Sequence record: OQ992562.1
Strand: one strand, 5' to 3'
Length of the DNA stretch: 64,000 nt
The notes below the pieces were generated by a model. That model was given only the letters and a program-made list of their open reading frames with translations, ran no database searches and was not told where the DNA came from. Numbering within the stretch: the stretch's first letter is position 1; each line of letters begins with the position of its first letter. The translations under genes and the position numbers were made by a program. This document shows, one piece after another, positions 38,953 to 48,144 of the stretch.

Positions 38953-39423
38953 TTACGGGGTATACACGGGAATATCAGCCGTCTTAATAGGTGAGTCAAC
39001 TCGAATATAATAAGTGATTGGTACAGACAGGCTATACCCACGGATATTTAAAATCCCTGTAGATGAATCGAGATCCCAACCAATACTAGCAGAAGCGCTA
39101 ATAAGCTTACCACTAGTAGGACTAGTAGTTTCAGGGTCGATAATCTTGAGATCAACGATGGATGTAGCCAGAGTATAATCACCCATAGAAGTAATAACTT
39201 TGGAAAGATCATAAGTAACTATATCTCCTGGGTTTAATGTACCAGTTTGAAATAGAATTGGTTTTAAACCAGTACTAGGACCTGGACCAGGGCCACCACC
39301 AGATTCTAGGATGGTTGTTACTTTGTCAACCCACCTTAAAATCGCATTATACATTTCTTCACTGGTGGCTTCAGGCCCAAGAATAAGATCTTCACCAGTA
39401 TTAGATGAATGTGGATCAGACAT
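38953..39423 (-). CDS. Probable virion structural protein (gp202-like), 156 aa
   Basis: AGGAG RBS; GGGPGPGP linker before a beta-rich domain. Confidence 0.6.
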   Translation of the reverse strand: MSDPHSSNTGEDLILGPEATSEEMYNAILRWVDKVTTILESGGGPGPGPSTGLKPILFQTGTLNPGDIVTYDLSKVITSMGDYTLATSIVDLKIIDPETTSPTSGKLISASASIGWDLDSSTGILNIRGYSLSVPITYYIRVDSPIKTADIPVYTP

Positions 39424-39434
39424 TTCTGTCTCCT

Positions 39435-41546
39435 TTAAAACCGCATATATGCGGGCTGATATGGTTTATACATACGTGTATCAAAGTCATTAAAATCAAT
39501 TGCGATATCATACTTCTCAAATGATTCTTTTAGCATCTGATAAATGATTTTATTTTCATCAAAATTATTATTTTTATCAACATAACTTTCTAATGACTCT
39601 GTGATCTCAAATGGAGATTTAATACCCATAATAGCTTCAACCATTGCCTGACTCCATTTTAGAATGTCATCTGACCTTGTTGAGATATTCGGTTCATCTT
39701 CTGTATCGAGAGTACATTGATATACGACTGTTTGTGAATCCTGACCTTTACGGTAAATTCGAGCAATAGCTTGTTCTAGAATGTAATGCCTAAACGGTGA
39801 ATTAATTGTCACCATAGTATCAGCCATCGTCATACGGACCGCTGTTGAAAGGGAAGCATATGTAGCTACCAATGGATTTAATTTAGGGTCTTTCTCAAAT
39901 CTACTGATTATTTGAGGTAAATTGTCATTGGTTTTACCATACACCACCGCCGGATGCATACCTAATTTATTGGTGTACTTATCAACAGTATCAACAACCT
40001 CAACAAACGATGTAAATGCAATCGTTTTCTTCATAGTTGATTCAGTGATACCAACCCAGTCAATATACGGTACCATGTCCACATGGCACTGAATGCGTTT
40101 AGCACCTAAAACCCTTCCCAAACATTCACCTTGTATCTTTAGCATAACGTATTTTATAACTGATTTAATATCTCTAAAAGCAGCTATTTCATTACGAGGT
40201 AAAGTTGGCTCTATAAACATTTTTTCATATTGGTTAGATTCTTTAATTTCTTCACCAATGTATCGCGGGTCTTGATTCTTCTGAATTATTTTAATCAAAT
40301 TCTTATAGCGAGCGAAACCATCTTTCTGCGCCTGGGTCTTAAGAGAGTTCTCGTGTATCGCCATTAGTTTAGCCCAATACTTCTCATCTTCTGGTCGGCG
40401 CGCAGCATAGAACTTTACACGTTCTCTAATAAAAGCTTCACAATCACGTTTAATGGCATTAAGAGTATACTGTGATCCATTTGGTATCTTGATACGATAC
40501 GCTTTTATCCTCGGTGGTAAAACCTCAGTATCTTTCTTTTCAATGACGTACGCAATTAACCCAAAGCGATGTTGGACAATATCTAATCCTTTCTGTGTCT
40601 CTTTTCCAAATGCTTTCTTAAAACGTTCTTCAACCTCATTGGTGAAGAGATCGTCTAATACTCTTAATGCACTTACTAATTCAGAACCAAGTGCTTTAAC
40701 AGGGGTACCTGACGCTAATAATCTGTTATTAGAGTTAGACATAAAACATATTTGCTGGAACTTAAGAGATTGTGCAGAATTAGGATCGTTCATATTGTGT
40801 GATTCATCCAGAATCACCGTAATGTTCTTACCTTTGAATATACCGCTTCTTAATAGATCAATTATTTTATCTTGCGCCTGGTAATGGGATATAAGTATTC
40901 TTTGACCGTTGTAGGCTTTATCATCAATGGTCGACCATACTTTTTGTCTTTCCTTATACATCTCAATAATAGATGGCTTCCATATTAGATCAATAGACTT
41001 CTTTTCACAAACAACTATAATGATATCCGACTCAACCATTTCAGCAATAGCCATCGTCATGAATGTCTTACCAGTACCAGGTTTACCTGCAACAATATCA
41101 CCACGTAAACCATACTGGTCAATTCGATAATTATAATTTTCAAAATAAGCTTTTTGAGACTCATCTGGTGTAAATGTCAATTTGTCTAACATCTTGAAAT
41201 TGAGTCTACCTGGTACAGAGTTGGTATCTACAGGACGAGTATTTTTTAACCAGGTATATTGAAGCATTGCTTCACGGATGGCATTAACAGTTTTAATAGA
41301 GATGTATCTACTTCTATAATTCTTTACTGCTTCTAGCATGTAATATATTTCAGGAGCAAAGAATTTATAAAATGAAATACTACGACGACTAACCGTGTTA
41401 AATAACTGCGTAGCTAATTTAGTGGTTCGCCAATACTTGTTAATATCTCTAATGAATGCAGCACCATCAAAACCACTGATGATAATTTCTTGATCAGTTT
41501 CAGTAATTGATAGCGAGCCCATTAGCTTCCTAAATGAGTCTATCAT
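39435..41546 (-). CDS. SF2 (SNF2/DEAD-like) helicase, gp203-like
   Basis: GKPGTGKT, ILDESH, ASGTP and QAIARIYRKGQ. Confidence 0.9.
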   Translation of the reverse strand: MIDSFRKLMGSLSITETDQEIIISGFDGAAFIRDINKYWRTTKLATQLFNTVSRRSISFYKFFAPEIYYMLEAVKNYRSRYISIKTVNAIREAMLQYTWLKNTRPVDTNSVPGRLNFKMLDKLTFTPDESQKAYFENYNYRIDQYGLRGDIVAGKPGTGKTFMTMAIAEMVESDIIIVVCEKKSIDLIWKPSIIEMYKERQKVWSTIDDKAYNGQRILISHYQAQDKIIDLLRSGIFKGKNITVILDESHNMNDPNSAQSLKFQQICFMSNSNNRLLASGTPVKALGSELVSALRVLDDLFTNEVEERFKKAFGKETQKGLDIVQHRFGLIAYVIEKKDTEVLPPRIKAYRIKIPNGSQYTLNAIKRDCEAFIRERVKFYAARRPEDEKYWAKLMAIHENSLKTQAQKDGFARYKNLIKIIQKNQDPRYIGEEIKESNQYEKMFIEPTLPRNEIAAFRDIKSVIKYVMLKIQGECLGRVLGAKRIQCHVDMVPYIDWVGITESTMKKTIAFTSFVEVVDTVDKYTNKLGMHPAVVYGKTNDNLPQIISRFEKDPKLNPLVATYASLSTAVRMTMADTMVTINSPFRHYILEQAIARIYRKGQDSQTVVYQCTLDTEDEPNISTRSDDILKWSQAMVEAIMGIKSPFEITESLESYVDKNNNFDENKIIYQMLKESFEKYDIAIDFNDFDTRMYKPYQPAYMRF

Positions 41547-41632
41547 TGCATTTTTCCTTAAGGGGTATGTAAATATAACTCTAAGTCATAAGATTAGCTA
41601 ACGAATAAAAATACGCACAGTGCAATGATATA

Positions 41633-41776
41633 GAGCAAGGCAGTTTGCGTAAAACGCACTGCACTTTAAGGGGGTGATCCAGTCGTAAATAAACCGGGGT
41701 ACTAAAGTATCGTCAGGAACGACACGAACCCCAACTACGGTGCCTTGCTACTCACCGACCTCTAGATAGGGGTCGG
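41633..41776 (+). ncRNA. Candidate structured non-coding RNA
   Basis: About 51% GC (hand count over 41631-41780), no ORF, nested stems, followed by a terminator. Confidence 0.6.
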
Positions 41777-41788
41777 ACCTATTACATT

Positions 41789-41813
41789 AAAGGAGCCCAC
41801 CAGGGGCTCCTTT
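41789..41813 (+). terminator. Intrinsic terminator after the candidate ncRNA
   Basis: AAAGGAGCCC...GGGCTCCTTT. Confidence 0.75.
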
Positions 41814-41842
41814 ATGCCATTCATTATAAATTAATTTAAATC

Positions 41843-41850
41843 TATATTAC
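41843..41850 (+). promoter_or_regulatory. phiKZ-type early promoter (TATATTAC)
   Basis: TTTAAATCTATATTAC upstream of ORF 41897. Confidence 0.75.
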
Positions 41851-41896
41851 AGGATTACCATAAAGATATTTATCCTTTTATAATGAGGAAAAGATT

Positions 41897-42292
41897 ATGT
41901 CCGATATTAATAGCACCAATGTAACAGATGAATTAGTACCTTATTTTCCATCGGCGGATGCCATTACTAGTTCTACTATTAGGGATGAAGTAATTCCTAA
42001 TATTTTGTTATTCTACAAGAATGCTTTTAGTGACTTCCAACACGTTAGTAATATCACAGGTACTAACCAGATTGCATCAGGTTATTTACCAGGTGTAGGT
42101 TATTATTTCGAGTATAGTGTTACCGGTAATGCTAATCTTATTCCACCTGAAGCAATTAAAGTATTACGTAATGTAATCACTAAAAATGGATATAAAGATG
42201 ACATTACCATCACACCAAAAGGTTTTGGCCTAATCAATTGGTTCATTGTAAGAGTATACGTAGATGAGCAAATTAAGAAGACTACTCAATAA
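41897..42292 (+). CDS. Hypothetical early protein, 131 aa
   Basis: GAGGA RBS. Confidence 0.8.
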   Translation: MSDINSTNVTDELVPYFPSADAITSSTIRDEVIPNILLFYKNAFSDFQHVSNITGTNQIASGYLPGVGYYFEYSVTGNANLIPPEAIKVLRNVITKNGYKDDITITPKGFGLINWFIVRVYVDEQIKKTTQ

Positions 42293-42440
42293 AGAATTAG
42301 AAAAAGAGTTAGTTAAAAAACTAGATTTTCTAGAACGTGATTTTAGAGCTATAAAAGAAGTTATCAAAACTGGAAAATATCCTGATCCTGTTAATCCGAA
42401 TCGCAGACAAAGTGATTATGATTTATCTTTTAATAATTAA
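42264..42440 (+). CDS. Small basic helical protein, 58 aa (not in ORF track)
   Basis: Manual translation MSKLRRLLNKELEKELVKKLDFLERDFRAIKEVIKTGKYPDPVNPNRRQSDYDLSFNN; fills the gap between neighbouring genes. Confidence 0.65.
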   Translation: MSKLRRLLNKELEKELVKKLDFLERDFRAIKEVIKTGKYPDPVNPNRRQSDYDLSFNN

Positions 42441-42456
42441 CCTATAAGAGGATGCT

Positions 42457-42858
42457 ATGGAAATCACATTTCCATCTGTAAAAGAAGTAATGACAACTGA
42501 TCCAGCATTTATTGATTTGGTTCTGAAAAGTAAATTACTTACTATCCGTAAAGCAATGATTGATGTTATTCGAAACATTGAGAATACATCACTAGCATCT
42601 AGTAGGCTTGTTAAACAGAAAAGCTATCCATATCAAACTACTTTCGAACTTGTATTTAACCCAAAGGTTTTTAAATGGTTTGATAAAACAGATGCTATCA
42701 ATATTAAAAATATTCTTCATGCTGAAGTAGTTAACCAGGATTGGGAGAGTATTGATATTTCTTATAATGGTAGGGATATACATGGTTTTGAAAAAGTGAC
42801 TATTGTATTAACTCCTATGAAAGATGAAGCTATTAAATATGATCTTTCAAAAGCATGA
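42457..42858 (+). CDS. Hypothetical protein, 133 aa
   Basis: GAGGA RBS. Confidence 0.8.
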   Translation: MEITFPSVKEVMTTDPAFIDLVLKSKLLTIRKAMIDVIRNIENTSLASSRLVKQKSYPYQTTFELVFNPKVFKWFDKTDAINIKNILHAEVVNQDWESIDISYNGRDIHGFEKVTIVLTPMKDEAIKYDLSKA

Positions 42859-42874
42859 ATTAAGATAACATATA

Positions 42875-42896
42875 CCCTCCCCTTTATTGGGGAGGG
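42875..42896 (+). terminator. Hairpin terminator
   Basis: CCCTCCC...GGGAGGG stem. Confidence 0.7.
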
Positions 42897-43100
42897 ATTA
42901 TTTACTCATATGTTTAATAGAATAAGGACTCTACCTTGGAATAATGCTAATGTTCTTCACCAGAGAAAAGAGATATATAGATAGACGTATTACACATTAT
43001 CAGGTTGAGTAGTAAATTAAAACAACCAATAATACGTTATTCAATATTGAAATAGTTGTTATAAAACATTTATATTAATCTAATACAGGAAATAAAGAAA

Positions 43101-43811
43101 ATGGGTGATTATGTATATTTAGAAACTCAAGCTAAAGTAAATAATGAATGGATTGGTATCGAAGATATTGAACTAACACAGAATTATGATCTTTATGCAT
43201 ATCTACTTGATATTCGCAATTATTGGGATGTAAAACCATTTGCTTACCATAATGGTGTTCCTGATGATCTGAAAAAGAAACCAGAATGGTGGAGTAGTTA
43301 TGATGATGATCCACGCTGTGATGCATGGATTAGTGGTGAAGCTATTCTAAAAGGTATGAGTGAGCTTAAACCAGTTACTAAAACAGTATATATGAGTCTA
43401 TATACTTATATGTCCTGGGATCGTATGTCAGAACCAGATTGCTATTCACGGTATAGCCCACGTCTTGTAACAGATGAACCAAAAATTAATAAAATCTCTC
43501 AAAAACAATTACAGTATTATAAGAATTTAACTGAAAGTTTTTATTCTCTAAACCTTAAAGCTAATTATGATTGGAAGGTTATCGACGGTCGGTTACAACG
43601 AGTCGGGCCTAAATGTGGTAAGAATCACCTACGTAATCTACGTCGAGTATCGCGTTATCTATCTTTCTGCAATGTTCCTAATGAACCTATCAAAGTAACT
43701 TATACACTCACGGCTGATCAACAGCGAAAAGAATTTAAACCTTTTATTTATCAAGTCCGAAATGCCGTTCTTAAGTACGGTGATATCCGTCTTCTAATGA
43801 GGGTTAGATAA
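43101..43811 (+). CDS. Hypothetical protein, 236 aa
   Basis: AGGA RBS; NY.L...L..IRN...KP.....G.PDD motif. Confidence 0.8.
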   Translation: MGDYVYLETQAKVNNEWIGIEDIELTQNYDLYAYLLDIRNYWDVKPFAYHNGVPDDLKKKPEWWSSYDDDPRCDAWISGEAILKGMSELKPVTKTVYMSLYTYMSWDRMSEPDCYSRYSPRLVTDEPKINKISQKQLQYYKNLTESFYSLNLKANYDWKVIDGRLQRVGPKCGKNHLRNLRRVSRYLSFCNVPNEPIKVTYTLTADQQRKEFKPFIYQVRNAVLKYGDIRLLMRVR

Positions 43812-44464
43812 TGGCAATGACAGCTATTGTCGGTAGTCGCTATGCCCCTACATGGGCCCTAGAATTGATGATACGCGCAGGAAGAACATTTGTTGATCTA
43901 GGTATAGGTATTTCATCAGGCGATGCATATGGATCAGATAGAGCTGGTTGGTATGGTGCAATTCAGTCTGATAAATGGGATACAGTAGAAAGTCGTATTT
44001 ACATTATTCGAAATGGATTTCTTGGAAGACGAATTGAGAATCTAGCGTGGTTTCATGATGCCTCCGTATATACTGATACCATTCCCACAGCTATGGCAAT
44101 GGCCTGTGCAGCTCGGGGAAGTTTCAATGGTTTAGGTAGAACAGGTATTGAACTACATACTCGTAATGTATTTCAAATTCATGGCCATACTTTACGTGAA
44201 CCTGTTTCAACTATTATTGCATACGGTGAACAAAAGACACCAACCTCTGTAATTAGTGGTGGTACTAATACAGCGTGGCAGTTGGCATTAGATGCAAATG
44301 TGCCAACTATGTATAACCTATACTGGTCCGATGATGTAAAGAGACTAGAAGAATGGTTAAATAAAAATGAATCTGATGAGCCATATATGCCAATTGATTG
44401 GTCTGAAATCTTAGATCCTAGAGATAGCCGTCTACCTGAATTGATGGATGAATATAATAATTAA
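43811..44464 (+). CDS. SLOG/DprA-like nucleotide-binding protein
   Basis: AIVGSR, SSGDAYGSD, HTRN and GGTNTA motifs. Confidence 0.7.
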   Translation: MAMTAIVGSRYAPTWALELMIRAGRTFVDLGIGISSGDAYGSDRAGWYGAIQSDKWDTVESRIYIIRNGFLGRRIENLAWFHDASVYTDTIPTAMAMACAARGSFNGLGRTGIELHTRNVFQIHGHTLREPVSTIIAYGEQKTPTSVISGGTNTAWQLALDANVPTMYNLYWSDDVKRLEEWLNKNESDEPYMPIDWSEILDPRDSRLPELMDEYNN

Positions 44465-44498
44465 TTTTCTCAAATGAATTAGTTATAATAGCCAAAAT

Positions 44499-44524
44499 AA
44501 ACCCTCCTCTTAGTAGGAGGGTTT
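44499..44524 (+). terminator. Intrinsic terminator
   Basis: AAACCCTCCT-N6-AGGAGGGTTT. Confidence 0.75.
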
Positions 44525-44567
44525 ATATCGTCTCAAATTAGATTATCAATTAGAAAAGGAACATCAA

Positions 44568-45668
44568 ATGAATTATCGTAATAGCAAACTTACGTTAGTC
44601 CAGCAGAAGTGGATTGATCGTTTTATCTCCATTGCTATGGAGGTTGATAATGGCCGTGCAATTTCCAATGCATATCGCTATACTCTTAATGAACAGGGAA
44701 TTAGTTCAGATAGTGAAGATCTACGTATTCACTATCCTTTTGGAGTTGATAGAAAAGAATTCATCAAAGAACAAATTTACAAACTATGTGATGAAGTTAT
44801 AAGCCCTTTAAATCTGAAAGCATTCAGAATTAGTGGTGGTTTTGCATTACTAGATGATGAAGGAATCATTGGTTTCCTAATGAATGGAATGGAAGGTACC
44901 ACTAGTCAGAACTTTAGATTATACTCCAATGAAGAACTGATCAAAGTATTTAAATTACGTTTTGAAGAAGTATTTGATCAGACTCGTCCACCTAGTATTA
45001 AAAGAATTCGGGTTAACTATCAAAATAATGAACTATATAGCTTTAGTGAAGTTATTTCTGTTCGTAACTACAATCCAAATATGATGGAAATGTATCCATT
45101 CCTAGATCGATCTCCAGCTGAAATCTGGACTGAATTCGCTGCATCTGAATCTAATGTTCTACTATTGATTGGTCCTCCTGGTACTGGTAAGTCTAATTAT
45201 ATCAATGAGATTATTCGGGCTCGTGGTTATAATGATCGTAATGTGTATCTAGCTGATCAAGATGATGTACTTGGCCACGCCGGTTTGACTAATTTTATTC
45301 GTGGTGTTGAGGATAATTCACTCATTATTACAGAAGACTCTGATAAAATGGTGGCTAAACGTGTAGATGGTAATAGTAATATGTCAGGGCTATTAAATGC
45401 TACAGCTGGTCTAGTATCTACTAAGACCAAGATTATCATTTCTACTAATCTTCCGACTCTTCGTGATGTTGATGAAGCTTTAGTTCGACCTGGCCGTGCT
45501 TTCGATATTCTTACCTTCAAAACACTTACTGCTGAACAAGCGAATGCAGCTCGTTTAGCTAATGGTCTAGATCCAGTTGAGTTTGTCGGTAATAATCTTA
45601 CTTTAGCTGAAGCATTGAATACTAGTTCTTGCAGTAGCCCACGCAAAGCAAGTCGTGTAGGTTTCTAA
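44568..45668 (+). CDS. AAA+ ATPase
   Basis: Walker A GPPGTGKS, Walker B IITEDSD, sensor ISTN, arginine finger DEALVRPGR. Confidence 0.9.
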   Translation: MNYRNSKLTLVQQKWIDRFISIAMEVDNGRAISNAYRYTLNEQGISSDSEDLRIHYPFGVDRKEFIKEQIYKLCDEVISPLNLKAFRISGGFALLDDEGIIGFLMNGMEGTTSQNFRLYSNEELIKVFKLRFEEVFDQTRPPSIKRIRVNYQNNELYSFSEVISVRNYNPNMMEMYPFLDRSPAEIWTEFAASESNVLLLIGPPGTGKSNYINEIIRARGYNDRNVYLADQDDVLGHAGLTNFIRGVEDNSLIITEDSDKMVAKRVDGNSNMSGLLNATAGLVSTKTKIIISTNLPTLRDVDEALVRPGRAFDILTFKTLTAEQANAARLANGLDPVEFVGNNLTLAEALNTSSCSSPRKASRVGF

Positions 45669-45775
45669 GGAAAAGTAAGCTGCTTTTAAACTAGCGAAGA
45701 AACATGAATTCCAACGTGTTATTTATAATCCTGATGACCTTAAAGTAAAGCATTATTTCACATACGGAGATCAGC

Positions 45776-46378
45776 ATGCAGCGCAATAATGACCCGCAGC
45801 AAGTAATCATGTCGATTGAGATGTACAATAGCCTACTGGCTATGGCTAATGATTCACCTCATTACACGACAAAACTTATCCAACGTCACGTGCGAAAGAT
45901 GAATCCTTTTTTACAACCTGCACATCTAAAGAATGTCAGAACTAAGGAAGCTATTCGGTCCCAACGTATTCGTGAAGCTCGGACTTTCTTCGAAGCCAAT
46001 CATAGAAAAATTCTGTACGCAAAGGTTGATATGGGTAACTGTAAAAAAGGAGATGATCCGGTTTACTTCCCATGCATATCTGAACGTATTGCCAAGAATA
46101 GACAACTAATCCAAGTTCGTCATGCCAATGAAGTTGGTTATGGACGGTGCATCCGGTTGGTAGAGGCTAAATATCTCACAACCATTATTCCTGATGGATA
46201 TATCCAAGGAACTGGGCCGTATAAAAAATATCTTGTTAAAGAGAATGGTCCTTACGATATCCGTGAACAAGAAGAAAAACGTAAACAAGCTTTTTCGAGT
46301 GAGATAGCTAAGAAGTTTGAGTTCAAACATGATTCTTACGATATGGATAATCTCAAAAAGAATTATTATACACAATGA
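45776..46378 (+). CDS. Hypothetical basic protein, 200 aa
   Basis: GGAG RBS. Confidence 0.8.
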   Translation: MQRNNDPQQVIMSIEMYNSLLAMANDSPHYTTKLIQRHVRKMNPFLQPAHLKNVRTKEAIRSQRIREARTFFEANHRKILYAKVDMGNCKKGDDPVYFPCISERIAKNRQLIQVRHANEVGYGRCIRLVEAKYLTTIIPDGYIQGTGPYKKYLVKENGPYDIREQEEKRKQAFSSEIAKKFEFKHDSYDMDNLKKNYYTQ

Positions 46379-46469
46379 GATTAGTATAAATGGACATTAG
46401 TTTATCTCCAGTATGAGTATTCCAACTTCTTAAATATTACTAAAGAGCAGACTATGAATATATCAGTGT

Positions 46470-46838
46470 TTGCTCTTTGGAGGTAATTACTCTGGAGCAT
46501 CTAATATGTGTGCAATTCCTGTAATACCTGTATCAAATGACATCACTGTTATTAAGCCAGGTGATACAGTTTGGTCAACAGGTGTTCTCGGTATGAAAGC
46601 ATCCTGTGAGCATCCACCAGCGCTATTCTGTATACGGGGTGATGAACTTGAAGTTCTAGAAATTAGCCCTCCCACGGAATATGAGAAAAAAGCAATGTAT
46701 AAGTGCCGCTTAAAAAGAGGCACTGGTCATTTCTGGATTTATCGTAGTGGGTTTACTAAAACAAAGCCATTTAATCACAATATGACTGGTTATGAGTTTT
46801 GGGATGGTGAGAAAATTAGAGAATATGGTGGGTATTAG
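46470..46838 (+). CDS. Hypothetical protein (~110-122 aa)
   Basis: ORF; true start uncertain. Confidence 0.7.
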   Translation: MLFGGNYSGASNMCAIPVIPVSNDITVIKPGDTVWSTGVLGMKASCEHPPALFCIRGDELEVLEISPPTEYEKKAMYKCRLKRGTGHFWIYRSGFTKTKPFNHNMTGYEFWDGEKIREYGGY

Positions 46839-46849
46839 AGTAAAAGAAA

Positions 46850-46975
46850 ATGACTAGCGAAAATAATAAATCAGACATACAACATGAACAAGAAGAACCA
46901 CCCATATTCAAGATGCTTTTTCTAAGTGCAGTTATAGGTGGATCATTATGGGAAATAATTAGACAGTGGTTTTAG
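46850..46975 (+). CDS. Small membrane protein, 41 aa (not in ORF track)
   Basis: MTSENNKSDIQHEQEEPPIFKMLFLSAVIGGSLWEIIRQWF. Confidence 0.55.
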   Translation: MTSENNKSDIQHEQEEPPIFKMLFLSAVIGGSLWEIIRQWF

Positions 46976-47009
46976 CCACTGTCTTTATAATGTATTTTGA
47001 GTTATAAAA

Positions 47010-47174
47010 ATGTCCATAGAAAAAGCCTATTCCAATTTAATAGCTTCAATTAAAACAGTTAGAAAACATTTTCCTAAATTAATTCAAGAGAAGAATTTAG
47101 ATGAGGAATTACGACGGGAGTTTACGACTCCTATTCAATTCGACCCGACTAAGAAATCGGGAAACTCCTTTTGA
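47010..47174 (+). CDS. Small protein, 54 aa (not in ORF track); possibly frameshift-linked to the next ORF
   Basis: MSIEKAYSNL...KKSGNSF; ends TCC TTT TGA. Confidence 0.55.
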   Translation: MSIEKAYSNLIASIKTVRKHFPKLIQEKNLDEELRREFTTPIQFDPTKKSGNSF

Positions 47175-47358
47175 TAACGAACAGTCAGAAATGGATAAGT
47201 TAAAACCAATCGATGACTTTTGGAAAACTAAAACAATTAAACCATCAGATGCTTATTTAGAAAGAAAGAATGAGCAACTAAAGATGATTAATCCGCATAA
47301 AGTTTATAATCCATTCAATGAAAAAGATACGGTATTAAAACCTATTTCTAAATTATAA
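47101..47358 (+). CDS. Hypothetical protein (start uncertain)
   Basis: Overlaps the previous ORF in the +1 frame. Confidence 0.55.
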   Translation: MRNYDGSLRLLFNSTRLRNRETPFDNEQSEMDKLKPIDDFWKTKTIKPSDAYLERKNEQLKMINPHKVYNPFNEKDTVLKPISKL

Positions 47359-47370
47359 AAAGGATTTACT

Positions 47371-47790
47371 ATGAAACAAGATCATCAATTCTGGCATGAT
47401 AAACCATTTTCAGAAAATGAAGTTAGGAAGAAACTTGGCGGATCGTCATTATCCAAACTAAGTACAGAACAGATTTTAGAAGAGTGGCGAACAGAACATA
47501 TTGAACGTAATACTCCTTTAAGTAAAAGGCTATATGACATTCGTAATAAAGCCATCAATGATTACTCACTTACTGATAATCAACAAGTTAATAATTTGTT
47601 GCAATGTGCAGTGGATCAAGTCTTAGCAGATGTGATCATTATGTTAGATGGTTCAGTGCCACATAAGCAATTTCAAATTTCTGAATATGAAATTGAAATG
47701 GACAGTAAGGAATTATCGATTAAAGAACATACTCGTCCAATAACTGAAGATCTACTAAAAAATTATTTTGAATTGGTGAATGGCAAATGA
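47371..47790 (+). CDS. Hypothetical protein, 139 aa
   Basis: AAGGA RBS. Confidence 0.8.
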   Translation: MKQDHQFWHDKPFSENEVRKKLGGSSLSKLSTEQILEEWRTEHIERNTPLSKRLYDIRNKAINDYSLTDNQQVNNLLQCAVDQVLADVIIMLDGSVPHKQFQISEYEIEMDSKELSIKEHTRPITEDLLKNYFELVNGK

Positions 47791-48131
47791 CTGAACGTAT
47801 TCATTACTCAGATCGTAAGTTACCGCTGTGTTTTAAAGGTGTTTATGACATTCCAGTTGTAACCATCGAAAACTATTGTAAGTGGTATGGTCTTAATATT
47901 GTCTATCCAGATGGGCGTGTTGAATGGGTTGACACTGATTTACTTGCTGAAATAGAACGGGAAAGCAAGTTCGCAGTAATGGGTGATCACAACTATCATC
48001 CAATTCTGCTGGACAAAGTAGCTGAGAAGATTGGCGGGGCGGCATGTGATGTTGCACGTGAGTTGATGACTGGCCGTTGGGTACTAGAGGTTATGGACGG
48101 TGAAATCCCTGGTCAAGAAAAATTCTGTTAA
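47787..48131 (+). CDS. Hypothetical protein, 114 aa
   Basis: ATGA overlap. Confidence 0.8.
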   Translation: MTERIHYSDRKLPLCFKGVYDIPVVTIENYCKWYGLNIVYPDGRVEWVDTDLLAEIERESKFAVMGDHNYHPILLDKVAEKIGGAACDVARELMTGRWVLEVMDGEIPGQEKFC

Positions 48132-48144
48132 ATGGATGATTAAA

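Noticed and set aside
41633-41776. Assignment of the structured element to tRNA, SRP, tmRNA or a CRISPR repeat
   Set aside because: No cloverleaf or CCA, no SRP helix-8 motif in the correct orientation, no tag ORF and no direct repeats
42897-43100. 200-nt AT-rich gap with a 24-codon MFNRI... ORF
   Set aside because: Too short, no clear RBS or structure; cannot be distinguished from a promoter region
45699-45745. GAAA...CTGATGA suggesting a type II hammerhead ribozyme
   Set aside because: A 5-bp stem III can form, but stems I and II and the conserved G10.1-C11.1 pair cannot
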